Below are positions 12,728 through 29,880 of a stretch of 64,000 nt of DNA, in pieces. This DNA comes from Eledone cirrhosa (Eukaryota). A model generated the notes under the pieces. That model was not told where the DNA came from. It worked only from the letters and a program-made list of their open reading frames with translations, and did no database searches. Every line of letters begins with the position of its first letter. Position 1 is the first letter of the stretch. The position numbers were made by a program, and so were the translations under genes. The stretch is from contig OZ024743.1 of the NCBI GenBank assembly GCA_964016885.1, forward strand, positions 126,666,001 through 126,730,000, in the 5' to 3' direction.

Positions 12728-13181
12728 TCAAAGGGCAAAGGAGCTCTTAAGAGTCAATGGCCATCCAAAATCACCGGGAGAGATGACCCCTTAGCCTTTG
12801 TCAAGGCAGAATTCTAGGAGAAGGAAAACTCTGATATAAAACCTGCAACCCTGATGGTATCCAATGATGTTGACTTGTTCTTCTTTTTGGTAAATATCAT
12901 CTTGGTTAAGAGAGTGGGACTGGCTTTGTGCAGTGCCTTTGCTCACTATAAAAGCTTCATGGCACAGGCATTGCTTTATATCTGGAGATCCCTCTGCACT
13001 TGTCGTCACCTGGTACCATAGGCCCAGCACTATGTGTCAATAATTGTCACAGGTGTAGTGTTTGTACCAGAGTTTTCAAGTCGCTGGCTGGACTAAAAAG
13101 TCACACTCGTTCAGCGCATCGGTAGGGTTCTCCTACATGGATATAAAGTAGTGGCCGTACTCGAAAACGAGTTGGCAGCCA

Positions 13182-13229
<48 letters not shown>

Positions 13230-13358
13230 ATGTTGGTATGTATGTGTATATATATATATATATGTATATGTATGTGTGTGTATATATATATGGTGGCTGC
13301 CAACTCGTTTTCGAGTACGGCCACTACTTTATATCCTTGTAGGAGAACCCCTACCGAA
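12728..13358. repeat. Copy 2 of the 460 bp repeat, followed across a microsatellite by an inverted copy of its terminal ~65 bp
   Basis: 12728-13185 matches 6903-7360; 13291-13357 is the reverse complement of ~13119-13185. Confidence 0.9.
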
Positions 13359-13930
13359 TCATCTGTACTCTACCAACATGCTAAAATAGAACATAAGGGT
13401 AAATTAGAGAACATAGAAATAAAAATAGAATCTACACACAGAAAAGACGCAATGTTTAGACAAATCACAGAGGCAATAAACATAAAAGAATTACAACCAA
13501 AATTAAATAGAAAATATGAGTGGAACAGCAACATCACAACTTACAATTAAGGACAAAATGAAAAAACACACACACATAGAACAAACAACCAACTGGTAAC
13601 ATGTAAATAAACAAATATAAACACACACAGACACCCGGATGTGGCGCATGCGCAGACTGAGCACACAACACACACACAGAAACAAAATGGCGTAGGACAG
13701 AACAAAGGAGAGGCACAAAAACAAAGAAAAGAATCCCCAGTCACTGAAGAGGTCACAGAATGTGTGACGAAAGAACTTTGACAATATATAAACAACTATC
13801 TGATTGTGGAACCAACCAACCAGAAATTTGTAAATTCCTAAATTTATAAATTTATTAAATAAATTGAAGTGAAAGCAACTGGTGCGGTGTGTTTCTTATT
13901 GGCAACATGACCCTCCCAAAGTATAACAAT
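13359..13930 (+). mobile_element. Penelope-like 3' end: GIY-YIG C-terminus plus pLTR
   Basis: SVLYQHAKIEH...IKIESTHRKDAMFRQITEAINIKELQPKLNRKYEW ending at 13550, typical of the PLE endonuclease C-terminus, followed by a hammerhead-like motif. Confidence 0.75.
13740..13782 (+). ncRNA. Candidate minimal type I hammerhead ribozyme in the PLE pLTR
   Basis: GTCA-CTGAAGA-g-GTCACAgaatgTGTGAC-GAAAG-aa-CTT-TGAC: stems I and II and the core are present, stem III is minimal, triplet CUU. Confidence 0.55.
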
Positions 13931-13953
13931 ATATATATATATATACATACATA

Positions 13954-15608
<1,655 letters not shown>

Positions 15609-15609
15609 C

Positions 15610-16540
<931 letters not shown>

Positions 16541-16684
16541 AACACTCATTTATGCCAAATTTTCACTAAATGTCAGAGAAAAAAAAGCTGACTTCAGTCA
16601 AAAACTATTAAACCAGCCAAAAGGATCTATTTACATAACATTGTTAGAATAGATGTCATTTAAATTTGAGCTAGCACTCGTGAA

Positions 16685-16756
16685 GCGTCGGTGGTGTAAC
16701 GGTTAGCATGGTTGCCTTCCAAGCAGTCGATCCGGGTTCGACTCCCGGCCGACGCA
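16685..16756 (+). tRNA. trnG: tRNA-Gly(TCC), consensus sequence, isolated copy
   Basis: GCGTCGGTGGTGTAACGGTTAGCATGGTTGCCTTCCAAGCAGTCGATCCGGGTTCGACTCCCGGCCGACGCA: full cloverleaf, A and B boxes, TTTT about 11 nt downstream. Confidence 0.97.
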
Positions 16757-16879
16757 TCATGTGTTCTTTTAATTAAATTAATACACAATATAATATATTC
16801 ATTGCATGATTTATTTTTTACTTTTCTCTATATATCACTTTCTAAACTCTAAACAATATTTTCCCATGGCAATACTTTC

Positions 16880-17520
16880 GTAATAGTGTCAGTTTTGTGC
16901 AGCCAAGATATACCGCCTTGCCAAGAGTGTAGAGTTTTCCCGCCTCCGTTCTCCTTCCTCTGTTTTCATCAATTAATTTTCTTCCCCCTCACCCAACTTT
17001 TTTCTCTATTTTTTTCTCTTCCTATTTTTGCTGTTTTATCCGCGGGGCGTAGCCCCAACACCACTGCACCTTAGGCCCAGAGCCCATCACCCCCCTCCTT
17101 TTTATTCTGTTGTGGTAGAGTCCTTGCTTTTTTCCTCCTTTACTTCTCATTTATGGCATTTATATTCCTTTTCTTTACTTTCCCATACAACCAGATCTGC
17201 CCTTCTTTACTCCTTTCCCCTTTTCTCATTACTTAATTTTTCTTTTATCTTTTTTTCATATTTATGTAATCGTCGATGCTTTTTAAGCAACTTTCTGAAT
17301 AAAAGTCTCCTGTTTGATAAAAACAAAAAAAAACAAAACGGAATGTTATTTTATTCCTTTTTAAAAAAGGCTTTCATTATGTTTATTTTCTTAGTCTCTG
17401 TTATAAATTTTATTTTACACACAAAAATACTCCACATTGTACCATTTTGTGCCGTCCTATGCCGTCTTTAATGTTTTCGTAGGGTGAGCCCTGTGTGGGT
17501 AATAAAGAAACCATTATTAT
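16880..17520 (+). mobile_element. Probable 3' UTR of an L1/Tx1-like LINE
   Basis: Pyrimidine-rich tract ending gtctttaatg...gccctgtgtgggtaataaagaaa, similar to the 3' end of the LINE at 21766-21830 (gtcttgtaatg...cccctgtgccaaataaagaaa). The 5' boundary is uncertain. Confidence 0.4.
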
Positions 17521-17565
17521 ATACTTCTGTTCACAAATAATTATGTATGTGTATATTTTTATGAC

Positions 17566-19357
<1,792 letters not shown>

Positions 19358-20395
19358 TTCATGACAGTTGCTTCTTGAAAGACGTTATTACTTAAAAGAA
19401 GGTATTTTACCAATTGCATTGTTTATTTATGTCAAGGTCAGGCTGCTGTCTTCTACTGGTACCACGTAACCCAGTACAACCTGCTTCATGGTCGAATGGT
19501 CGGCGATTAAACCGGCTCACTCACCAGACCCTGGTTTGGGGAGGAATGTAAGTGAAACCCCAGCAACACAAACACCAGAGCTGTAAAAAAGACGGATGAA
19601 CTCCTCAGAGTCAACGGCCACCCACCTTAACTATAGGTTAAATAGCCTCACCAACCCGCAATTCGCCAAGTGTGGTGAGTACGGCTACACCTCTGATATG
19701 ACCACAATCAAACAGAAAAAGGTGGCGGTCAACCGGGGAGGGATTTCTCCAACAGGAGTGGGAAGGCCCTGGATTGGATTGGATTGTTTATTTATTACAC
19801 CGGGTATCTGAAGTATTTGTTATAACTTATAGAAACGACCCTTTCTGTGTAAATAAAACAGTGTAATAGTGGGGGTTGGAGGTAGAATGGACCTTAGTTG
19901 GTTTCGTCGTTGAGCGGCGATCAATGGAACAGCTACGCATGAAATTAACGTAAACCGTTAACGTAATTCTCTGAGATTCAGTGTGACATAAATGTATGAA
20001 AAGGCTAGTACTTTGAATTACAAGTGTACTGAGATTATCACAACAACAACACGTAGCCAAAAAAATAGCTATGTCATAACCGGAAATAGCTATCATAAAA
20101 CATACGTGTATTTCTCAGTCCTGTTCGTTTATGCTCAGCCAATTCTTCTCCAGTAACTAGACAGGAACTTTTGGCTGAGGAAGTCACCGAAAATTAGTTC
20201 TGCCACAGCCAGCTACTCTCCATGGCACTATCTTATCTCAATCGATATTTCCGCATCCACACATTCACTTATAAATTTCAACACTTCACAATAAAATACT
20301 ATTCTTTGAACACTACAATTAATAAGTTGTTGGCGAAATATCATGTTATATGAAACATTTTACGTATTCTGGTTGTGTTATATTTTATACACAAG

Positions 20396-20585
20396 GGCGG
20401 TGAATTGGCAGTATCGGTAGAGGGTTGGACGCCATGCTTTCTAGCATAGTTACGTCCCTTTACATTCTGAGTTCAAATCCCGCCGAGGTTAAGTTTGCCT
20501 TTCATCCTTACGGGGTCGATAAAATAAAGTACCAGTAATGCACTGGGTAATTGCTGGCCTTGTGCCTAAAGTAGAAACAGTTATA
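20396..20585 (+). mobile_element. tRNA-derived Nin-type SINE, full length
   Basis: Same family as 3239-3432. Confidence 0.85.
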
Positions 20586-20754
20586 TTTTATACATGAGGT
20601 CATCGTATTCCATGAAATGAATAAAAATATCAAAATTAGCAGTTTGGTTTCCTTGTTGGTCAGTCTCAATTCATTGTTGGTCCTCCTCGTTTATCAACCA
20701 CACTAATCAATTTGTACAACACACGGCAAAAAATCGACCAAGATTTCACCAACA

Positions 20755-21275
20755 GCCACAACACTCTTTCGGCTTCCATCCATTTTCCTGTCGCTACAGT
20801 GCCGACCGCCTTCCACGCCATACTGCTTTCAACGAGGTCATAAAGCATGGCTTGGATGCTGCAGACTTCCCCTCCCAGCTCGAGCCGGTGGGGCTGGACG
20901 GAGGGGATGGCAAAAGGCCAGACGGCATTGGCAATCTTCTCGTTCCGCGGTGGTTAACCTCATCTGGGATGCCACATGCAGCGATACATTCTCCGGCGGC
21001 AACCTGGTGCAATCTACGACTAACCCATGCTATGCTGCATTTCGGGCTGAGGAGGGTAAACTCTCCAAATATTGGTCGCTCTCCGACAGGTTTGCAGTCG
21101 AGTCCCTAGAAGTGTAGACTTCTGGTGTCCTTGGCGCTAGGGCTACCTCCCTACTTACCACTATAGGCACTGAGCTGGTGTGCCGCAGGTGTGAGCCTCG
21201 CAAGATGGACTGGCACTTCCAGTGTATCTCCCTTACCATCCTCCGGGGAATCGCTATCTCTATTCTGTCCGCCGT
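20755..21275 (+). mobile_element. CRE-clade retrotransposon 3' fragment, copy 2
   Basis: RHTAFNEVIKHGLDAADFPSQLEPVGLDGGDGKRPDG; homologous to 7440-8105. Confidence 0.8.
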
Positions 21276-21569
21276 AAGAGATGGGGAGGGCAAGGGAGAT
21301 GGAGGTGATAAAAGTGTGAGTTCGGCTCATCTGTGTTTGGACCTGGTGTACGTGTATGTGTATATTTAGAGTTACGGTCCCTGGCGGTCTGAGATCAAAT
21401 GCTGCCGAGGTTAACTTTGCCTTTCATCCTGACAGGGTTGATAAAATGCACTGGGATAATTGCTTGCTGTGTACCAAAAGTAGAAATAATTATTATAATT
21501 ATTGCTATTGTGATATTATATTAAGTCAACAAGTTATAACTATATAGTTAGTTGTTCAAGACATCGGAA

Positions 21570-21641
21570 GCGTCTGTGGTGTAACGGTTAGCATGGTTGC
21601 AGTCCAAGCAGGAGATCCGGTTTCAATTCCCGTCCGACGCA
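21570..21641 (+). pseudogene. tRNA-Gly(TCC) pseudogene, leftmost array-type copy
   Basis: About 8 substitutions from consensus, including U33>G and a damaged T-arm; the downstream flank is array spacer sequence. Confidence 0.85.
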
Positions 21642-21765
21642 TCTTTAGTTTACTTTTGTATGTAGACACTCTTCATGAAGATTTTTTCTTATTTTATTTT
21701 CACAACGATTTCTACTGCATGTTATATGTCTAACGTTTTAGACTATATATATATCTTAAGATATA

Positions 21766-24700
21766 GATAGATATCTTTCTTTATTTGGCACAGGGGCGTA
21801 CACAAATGGGACATTACAAGACGTGACGGCGGGGGTTTTACATAACATCTTTAACAATGATAAGTAACAATAAACTATATAAAAATAAAACAATTGAAAT
21901 CCCCATTAGGGGGGGGGGGGTAACGCTACTGCGGGTTGTTTTACACCCCGTGGATAGAACAACCCTCAACACCAGGAACACGTTTTGTAGGTGTTCCCGT
22001 CTTCCCTCTGTTTATCTACCTCAACCTACAGGTTTATATACAGAGATGGCCCATTCACCCGGGCCATTTTCGCCAAATTCACCCACCTTTTAGCGAATTT
22101 ACTGGGATGTAGCACCTCTCTCTCCACTCTCACCTTTCTTCTGAAGTAGTACTTAAAGAAAGGGATGAGTTGTTGTCCGGAGAGAAAGGTGCTTGCCCTC
22201 AGTCTTTTTAACCTCCTCCACCATATTACCTTTCGCCATAGCCCCCAGACAGATGAAGACCGCCTCTCCTTCATTCTTAAATGAAGGCGGCGGAGTGATC
22301 CTCACGATGAACTCGGCTGACAACTGGATGCGTCCCACACGTGACAGTAGCTGTTCGACATAATTCCACGGGTCGGTCACCCCAGGGCACTGAACATTTG
22401 CGTGCAGAACGGTTTCGATGTCCTGCTCGCATCTTGGACAGGTCATTTTGGCAGGATCTCTGCCAGGGCGTCCGTTCCTGTAGATTTTGTCTCGAACTCG
22501 TAGAGCTCCTCGGTAGCACTGCCAGACCAGAGACCTCTGGAAGTTATCCATAGGCCCTGGACGGAAAGTCCTCCCGAACAGACTGATTAGTTCGTCTTCC
22601 TCGATGCCTAGAGTTTCCCCGAGAACGTCGTCGCACTTATCCTCCACTAATCCCCTATAGAATGTCGAAGTGGAGTCTCCGCTGATTGCCATTTCCGCTT
22701 GGTAGAGAGCTGTGAGCGCCTGAGGGCACTTGAGGTGCCAGGCGCCCATTTTTGGTCTTCGCTTAACCAAGGACTGCAACTCTGTTAATGAGACGAGTTG
22801 TGGAAGAGCTCGTCTCACAAACGACAGCCACACCGGTTCGCCGGTCAGGAACACCTGGAGATGGCGTAGCCTCAGCGCGTGTTTGCGCATCATCAGCCAC
22901 GGCATGCCCAGCCCTCCGTTAGAAGGGTGTTGACAGCAGATGGCTCACCAATGGAGCCTGTTTCTTCCAGAGGAACTTGAAGAGTAGTCGTTCCATTTTG
23001 GTGAAGTATTCGCGGGGGCAAGGCACGATGACGGACGTAGTAGATGACGTAGTAGATGACGGACGCTATGTAAGTGTTCTCCACCTCCGCTCGACCTTTC
23101 AAGGAGAGTTTGCACTCAGCCCACTTCTGGGTGAGTGCAAACACCTTCGCCGTGACCTCGTTCCAGTTCTTGTCCACCTGGAGGTCTCGACCAAACCAGA
23201 CCCCGACCAATTTCACCGGTCCTTCCATCCAGCGTCCAACGACACTGTCGGAAGGCATGGGTTTGCCTCTCCATGTGCTGAGTTGCAAACCGACAGACTT
23301 GTTTGGGTTTAGTCTTGCTCCTGTCAACGTTTCGTATTCCTGTAATAGGTTGCCGATTACCCCGATGTCTGAGGTTTTCGACACCATTACGGTTATGTCG
23401 TCGGCATAGACCGACGCTGCTTTCCGCAGTCCTGGTTCGATCGGGATGCCCTGCAACAGCTCCAACTTCCGCAGTAATGGCTCGAGAGTCAGTACATACA
23501 GAATGGAGGAGAGAGGGCACCCCTGACGGATGGAACGCATGATTTGGAATGGCTCCGATAGGTAGCCATTCACCTTCACTGCCGAGTAGATGCTGGTGTG
23601 CATGGCAGCGATCCAGCCTCTGAAGACGGGACCGAAGCCGGCCGCCTTGAGAACCGCTTCCAAGTATTGTTGGTGGACCCTATCAAATGCCTTAGACTGA
23701 TCTAAATTGATCAGAGCCCCACCGAAGCTAGGTTTACACCTTACCCCCTCTATTATGTATCGCATGAGGGGGAGGCTGTCGTGTATGGACCTGGTCGGGA
23801 TTGCACACGTTTGCGCTTCCCCTACCAAGTTCTCGACGACAAGCGCCAGCCTGTCTGCTAACACCTTGGCCAAAATCTTTAACTCTGTGTTGAGCAGAGT
23901 TATGGGCCTGAAATTGCTTATCTCATCCCCCTTGTTCTCATCTTTTCTGATCAGCGTTACTACGCCTCTGCCTACAGAACTGGGAATCCTCCCGTTCTGC
24001 TGCCAGTTGCAATAGACCGCTTCGAGGACGCCAGAGAACAAGTCTGGCATGCTTATGTAAAATTCATAGGGTAGACCATCTAAACCGGGTGACTTGCGTT
24101 TCCCACAGCGACCTAGGGTATCTTCTATTTCACCCGCTGTGATCGGCCTTTCCCAACTCTCCGCATCCGTGCTCGAGAGTCGTGGTACGCCGTCGAGGTA
24201 GGAGCTGAAGTCCATCACCTCCCTTGATGTACCGCTTTACCCGAACAGTTGTGCAAAATGCTGCTGGAAGGCCGTGCACATTTGCTTGGATTCAAGTAGA
24301 ATGCGTCCATCTTTGTCTTGCAAGGACTGTATTGTGGATTTGTTGCCACTTTTCACCTCTGCCACTCGGGCCCAGCTAATAGCTTTGGCTCCCTCGTTTC
24401 TTAGAGCACGTGTTCTACTTCTGACAATACAACTTTCGTGTATCACGTTGAAGAACTGGTCTAGTGCCGTTCTCGCCGCTAGCACGTCAGCTGTACTGCC
24501 ATTCCTGAGTGCCTCTTCTACTTTAGCTACCAGTTCCTTTTCGGGTTTTTTTTTTCTAAAGCTACTTCCTTGCAAAATGCTATCAATTCTATTCTAATTG
24601 CTCTCTTGAGAGAGCTCCACCACCTGTTGTTGACGGTCGCCCCCGTCAACTGCCACTTAACTAAGGTGCTAATCCGTTTACTGTAGGCCTGACGCGTCGG

Positions 24701-26050
24701 AAGCGACATGTTTAGCTTCCAGTATCCGGGTCCCTGTCTATGTGTTCTATCAAGGTTGACTACGCAGGTGACTAATTTGTGGTCTGAATAGGCAACCATG
24801 TACATTTGTGGACAGCTTAATGTTTCCTTATCATTCTGTCTAATTAAAAATCTATCTAAATACGATCTAGAAGACCCAGTGCGGTTGCTCCACGTCCACA
24901 GTGGTACACTTAGGAAGTCTAGTCGATATCTATCAGCCAGTTGGAATTGGCTGATGAGATTTTTGAGGCTATTACACCCCCTCTATTATAACAAGCTCCT
25001 ACATAATCCCAACGTGCATCTAAGATACCATTCCAGTCCCCCGCTAACACTAAGGAGCGAGCGTTCCCAGGAATGGCTCCAGACGCTTGAAGAACTCTGG
25101 TCGCGAGATGTCCCAGTCGGGGCATATACGGCCACCAGTCTGAAAGCTCCCCCTTCACCACCATTCACGTCCAGGACCACCAAGCTGTCCTCCGGGTCCA
25201 AGTGAATCGTTTGTGCTTTGAGATCCAAGTTTTTTCGAAACAGAACAGCCCCCCCCCCCTCCACCTCCTGGCTGACAGAGAGATGCGTAGATCTCAAAGT
25301 CATCGAACATGGGGGTTAGCTGCTGCTTGTCGTGAATCCTGGACTCGACAATGGCTATCACATCTATATAATGTGACCTGAGATCATTTAAAAGCTGGCC
25401 CTGTTTCCAGGACATACCCAGGCCACGTACATTCAAACATCCAGCTTGTATAGTCGCCATGTTGGTGAAGAAGAGTTAAGGAGAGAAAAGGCAGGAACAC
25501 TTACTTTTTCGTTTCCTGGAGGTTGGGTTGTTCGATCTCCATGTCCAGATTGGGGGTGTTTGGGGAAAGAGGGAATCCTTTTAGCAGGACATGGTTAAGG
25601 GGTTTTTAGCAAGGGGGGCCCACATCATGTGGGAAGGTCCCTTTCAATGTTTCATGTTGTAGGGTTGTTACCCTGATCAGTTTGAGGTTTGGGGGAGAGT
25701 CGTTGGTGGGGAAGGTTTTCCCTTCCGTTTGGATACTAGGGTCCTTTCGGACAGTTTCTACTAGTTCTTTGTTTGTTGTTTTTATGTATGTGTAATGTGT
25801 TTTATTTTTTATGTGTACTGTTTCTATTTGTAGTTTTCTTTTTTGTGGGTGGGGTTTGTGATTGTGGTGGTGTGGGTGTTTGTTTTGTTGGTGAAGTGTT
25901 TGGTTGTGTTGGTGGTGATTGTGTTGGTGTGTTTGTCGTTTGTGGCGGTGTGTTTATGGTGGGGTTGGGTGTGTGCGTCTTTTCTGCAGAAGTTTTTGTT
26001 GTTGTGTATGTTTTATCTCTTTTTTGTTTTTTGGATTTTTGGGGTTCCTC
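21766..26050 (-). mobile_element. 5'-truncated Tx1/L1-clade LINE with frameshifted ORF2
   Basis: ORF2 pieces 25460->22026: APE (CLNVRGL, LAGDWNG, SDHKLV), RT (KSPGLDG, FRPITLLN, LDQSKAFD, RQGCPLS, YADD) and Zn knuckle CPRC-x7-H-x4-C. The ORF1 T/K-rich tail lies at ~25500-26050. AATAAA near the 3' end; candidate TSD AGATATA at 21759-21765 and 26051-26057. Confidence 0.9.
22026..25460 (-). pseudogene. LINE ORF2 (endonuclease-reverse transcriptase), disrupted
   Basis: Split over ORFs 25155-25460, 24986-25303, 24919-25164, 24527-24805, 24237-24575, 22893-24218, 22153-22905 and 22026-22274. Confidence 0.88.
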
Positions 26051-26569
26051 AGATATATCTGTGGAAGTTTAAGCTAAAGGGTCGGGAGGAAAGGCAGTTT
26101 AATATCCGGTCTCATCTCAATGTGGCTACCTTCAATTAAGGTCTAAATGCCTCCTTGAACATTGGTAATACACAAAGACAGAAATCCGTCTTTTAGTGAG
26201 AATTTTCTTTTAAATTTTACATGCAGCCCAGCTTGCCTCCCATTACCACATGTAACTGATCAGAACTGAAAATTAAATTGTGTGTCATAAATTCACATGC
26301 CAGAGAGCAATGATACGAGTAAACCTTTCTCAGTATCAAAACCCTCCGAGTACCAGCCACATAGCATGGCCTGATTTCTGTATCGAATGATTTCGTGAAG
26401 TCAACAAACATCACATAAAATACTTTGTTCTTTCCAATATTTAACATATTTATATATCATACAGAGAAAAGAAGGTATAGAAAATATGACTGAGTTCAGA
26501 GAAAACTTAAAGCAGCAACTTTGGCAGAGACAAACAATTTGTATTGATCAGTATTTTTGAATGACGGAG

Positions 26570-26641
26570 GCGTCGGTGGTGTAACGGTTAACATGGTTGC
26601 CGTCCAGGCAGTCGATCCGAATTCGACTCCATGCCGACGCA
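26570..26641 (+). pseudogene. tRNA-Gly pseudogene
   Basis: Loop CGTCCAG; T-stem broken (ccgaa/ccatg). Confidence 0.85.
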
Positions 26642-26768
26642 TTTTATTTTTTTTATGTAGACATTGTTTATTTGGATGGTTCATATTTTATTTTCCTAAC
26701 TTTTCACCTTCATGTTACATGTCTAACGTTTTAGACTATCTATCCCTGCCTAAAAATCAAGTATAAGT

Positions 26769-29700
26769 AACCATGCTAACCGTTACACCACCGACGCTTC
26801 ATACAAGTCCGATCATCATTTAAGGTACTGAACTATACAAAATACTCGTGTCTACCAAAGCTGCTGCTTTAAATATTCTCTGAATTCAGCCAAGCTTTCT
26901 CTTAACATTGCTCTCTGGCGTGAGGGCCCATGGCACACAAGTTGAACTGATGTAGTAGAAGTTGATACTTTTTAACTTCTGTCCTTTCCCTCTTTTAATT
27001 GAATTATATATAAAAAAGGAATAACATTAGAATTTGAACAAACGGAAGACGACAGACTTTAAAACACAGCATAGCTTAGCAAGGCCGTTTGCTTGCAAGC
27101 GGATCGAATATTATTATTATTATTCGATATAACCCATACTTACATTTAAAAAAGAAATGTTATGATTGAAAAGATAAAACACATCCATAAGTGACTCAGT
27201 TGCGTCTGCCAGGAGCCGAATCCGGACCTACTGCTTGGAAAGCAACCATGCTTACCGTTACACCACAGACGTCTTTCCGATGCGGTGAATCATTTAAAGA
27301 TTCTAACCTATATATAATTTTTGTGTCTATCAAAGCTGCTGTTTTAATTTTTTTGCTATATTCATCCATTTTTCTCCTTCATTGTGTGTTGGCAATGTTC
27401 GAGGAGGCATTCTGTGCTCAACTGAAGGTAGCCGCATTGAAATAAGACCTGATACTAAACTACCTTTCCTCAAGACCCGACAAGCGTGTGCGTTCTACAT
27501 TTTGCGAGTATGTAGAGAATGTATTCGTGAAATCAAAAGAGTCCTTATGCAATGTGAAGTATCATTTAAGGATACTGAAAACCTGCATCTCTCGGAGACA
27601 AATCACCAAAGTTAAGGTGTCTTCTGCCTGACTTGTCACTCTACATTGAATTACGTATAGAAGTACCATGAATATCTCCCTCAGACTCTGTTGAACAAAC
27701 AGAGAGAAAGTAGAGAAATCTCTCGATAAACCCGTTTTTAGATTATCCTTCTTGTGTATGGTTCTGAAATAAACATGAAAATCATCAATGGTGGGATTTG
27801 ATTAGGGAACGTAAAGTACATCGTTTTATATGGAGTCCACAGGGTGTAGCAGAGATATGTTTTCCAACTGAGGGTGTAGATTTCTTCTTTTCTTAATATA
27901 TATTTCTCAACTACATATACTTGACATTTAGGAAGATATAGAGAGTCTAAAATGTTAGACATGTGACATACAGTAGAGATCGTGATGAAAATATAATAAG
28001 AAAAATCTGCATGAACAGTGTCTAAACAAACAAAATTAAAGATGTGTCGGCCGGGAGTCGAACCCGGATCGACTGTTTGGAAGGCAATAATGCTAACCGT
28101 TACACCACCGAAGCCTCATGCAGACTCTATCCTCAGTTAAAGATACGAAACCATAGAAAATATTTGTGTCTACCAAAGCTGCTGCTTTAAGTTTTCTCTG
28201 AACTCAGTCATGTTTTCTATACCTTCTCTTCTTTTTTATGATATATAAATATGTTAAATATTGGAAAGATCAAAGTATTTTATGTGATCTTTGTTGACTT
28301 CACGAAATCATTCGATACAGAAATCAGACCATGCTATGTGGCTGGTACTCAGGTGACACAGAGTGAACTCCAGTTCTGAACACTTACATGCGGTAATGGA
28401 AGACAAACTGGGCTGCATACAAAATTACAACAAACATTCTCTATTTGTGTGTTGGCAATGTTCGAGGAGGCATTCTGTGCTCAACAGAAGGTAGCCGTAT
28501 TGAAATAAGACCTGATATCAAACAACCTTTTCTCGGTAACTTGTTCTTCTACAGATCACCAATTCTAGAACCCGGATCGACTGCTTGGAAGGCAACCATG
28601 CTAACCTTTATACCACCGACACCTCATACAAACTCTACCATCACTTAAAGATACTGATCTATAGAAAATATTTGTGTCTACCAAAGCTGCTGCTTTAAGT
28701 TTCCTCTCAACTCGTCATGTTTCCTATACCTTCTCTTCTCTGTATGATATATAAATATGTTAAATATTGGAAAGGACAAAGAATTGTATGTGGTCTTAGT
28801 TGACATATAGAAATTAGGTCGTGCTGTGTGGCTGGTACTGAGAGTGTTTTGATACCCAGAAAAAAGTACCCTATTCATTGCTCTCTGGTATGAGAGCTTA
28901 TGTCATACAATTTGAGTTCCAGTTCTGAACAATTACATGTTGTAATGGGAGGCAAGCTGGGCTGGAAGCAAAATTACAAAAAAAAAAAATTCAAGGAAAC
29001 ATTCTGCTGTAAACTGAAGGTAGCCACGTTGAGATGAGAGTTAATATTAAATTACCTTTCCACCTGACCTGTTAACTTGTTCTTCTACAGATATCGTCTT
29101 AAATGACAGCGGTTGAGTGTGTCATTGTTGGTACGTGGTTTCCTTTCTTTTTCTTGTTTTTCCGGATAACCAACAGTTCTTGCCATTTGTCATCATGTCC
29201 ACGAGATATATTTGAGATATATTTCGCAACTGATTTACTAGAATTTGACGTTTTCCTTTTACCTGTGCCATTTCTCTCTTTTATTGGAATTATGAAAAAA
29301 AAAAAAGAAATCTTATGATTGAAAAGACAAAGCATCTCCATAAAATATATATAAAAAAATAAGCAAGCGTCGGCCGGGAGTCGAACCCGGATCGATTGCT
29401 CGTAAGGTAACAATGCTAACCGCTGCATCACCGACGACTCTTGCACAGATATGTTAGAGTATTGTACACGAGCATTAATATATGTTTATTCAATTCATAT
29501 GTGTTAATGTCTATGTATATGTTCGAGTTTGTGTATATGAAAAGCAAGCGTACTTCTTGTACATATTAGGCGTGTGTAGAGAATGCTTTCGTGAAATCAA
29601 AAGAGTCCATATGCAATGTGCTGAATCATTTAAGGATACTGAAACTCTTCATCCCTCGGAGACAAAACACTGAATTTGTGGTGTCATTTGCCCGTCTTCT

Positions 29701-29880
29701 CATTCTCCATTCAAATCCAGGAAGAAGTACTGTGCTTTTCTTTCTCTGTTGAGCAACCAGAGAGCAAGTAGAGAAATCTCTTGATAAAAAATCTGTATTT
29801 ATATTATCCTTCTTGTGTTATGGGTTCTCAAATAAATATGAAAAGCATCACTGGTGGGATATCGGAACGTAAAGTACACA
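26769..29880 (-). repeat. Inverted block of array-type sequence carrying tRNA-Gly pseudogenes and fragments at 26769-26797, 27201-27272, 28043-28114, 28568-28622 and 29366-29437
   Basis: Reverse-complement tRNA-Gly copies and spacer motifs (e.g. taccaaagctgctgctttaagtttt); orientation returns to + near 29900. Confidence 0.85.

Noticed and set aside
19425-19775. Possible LINE 5' UTR sharing gagtcaa(c/t)ggcca(c/t)cca with the 460 bp repeat
   Set aside because: The similarity is too short to assign a family or structure by eye.
22893-24218. 441 aa RT ORF next to a repeat array as a retron/DGR-like system
   Set aside because: It is one frameshifted segment of an ordinary LINE ORF2, with APE and Zn knuckle in flanking frames.
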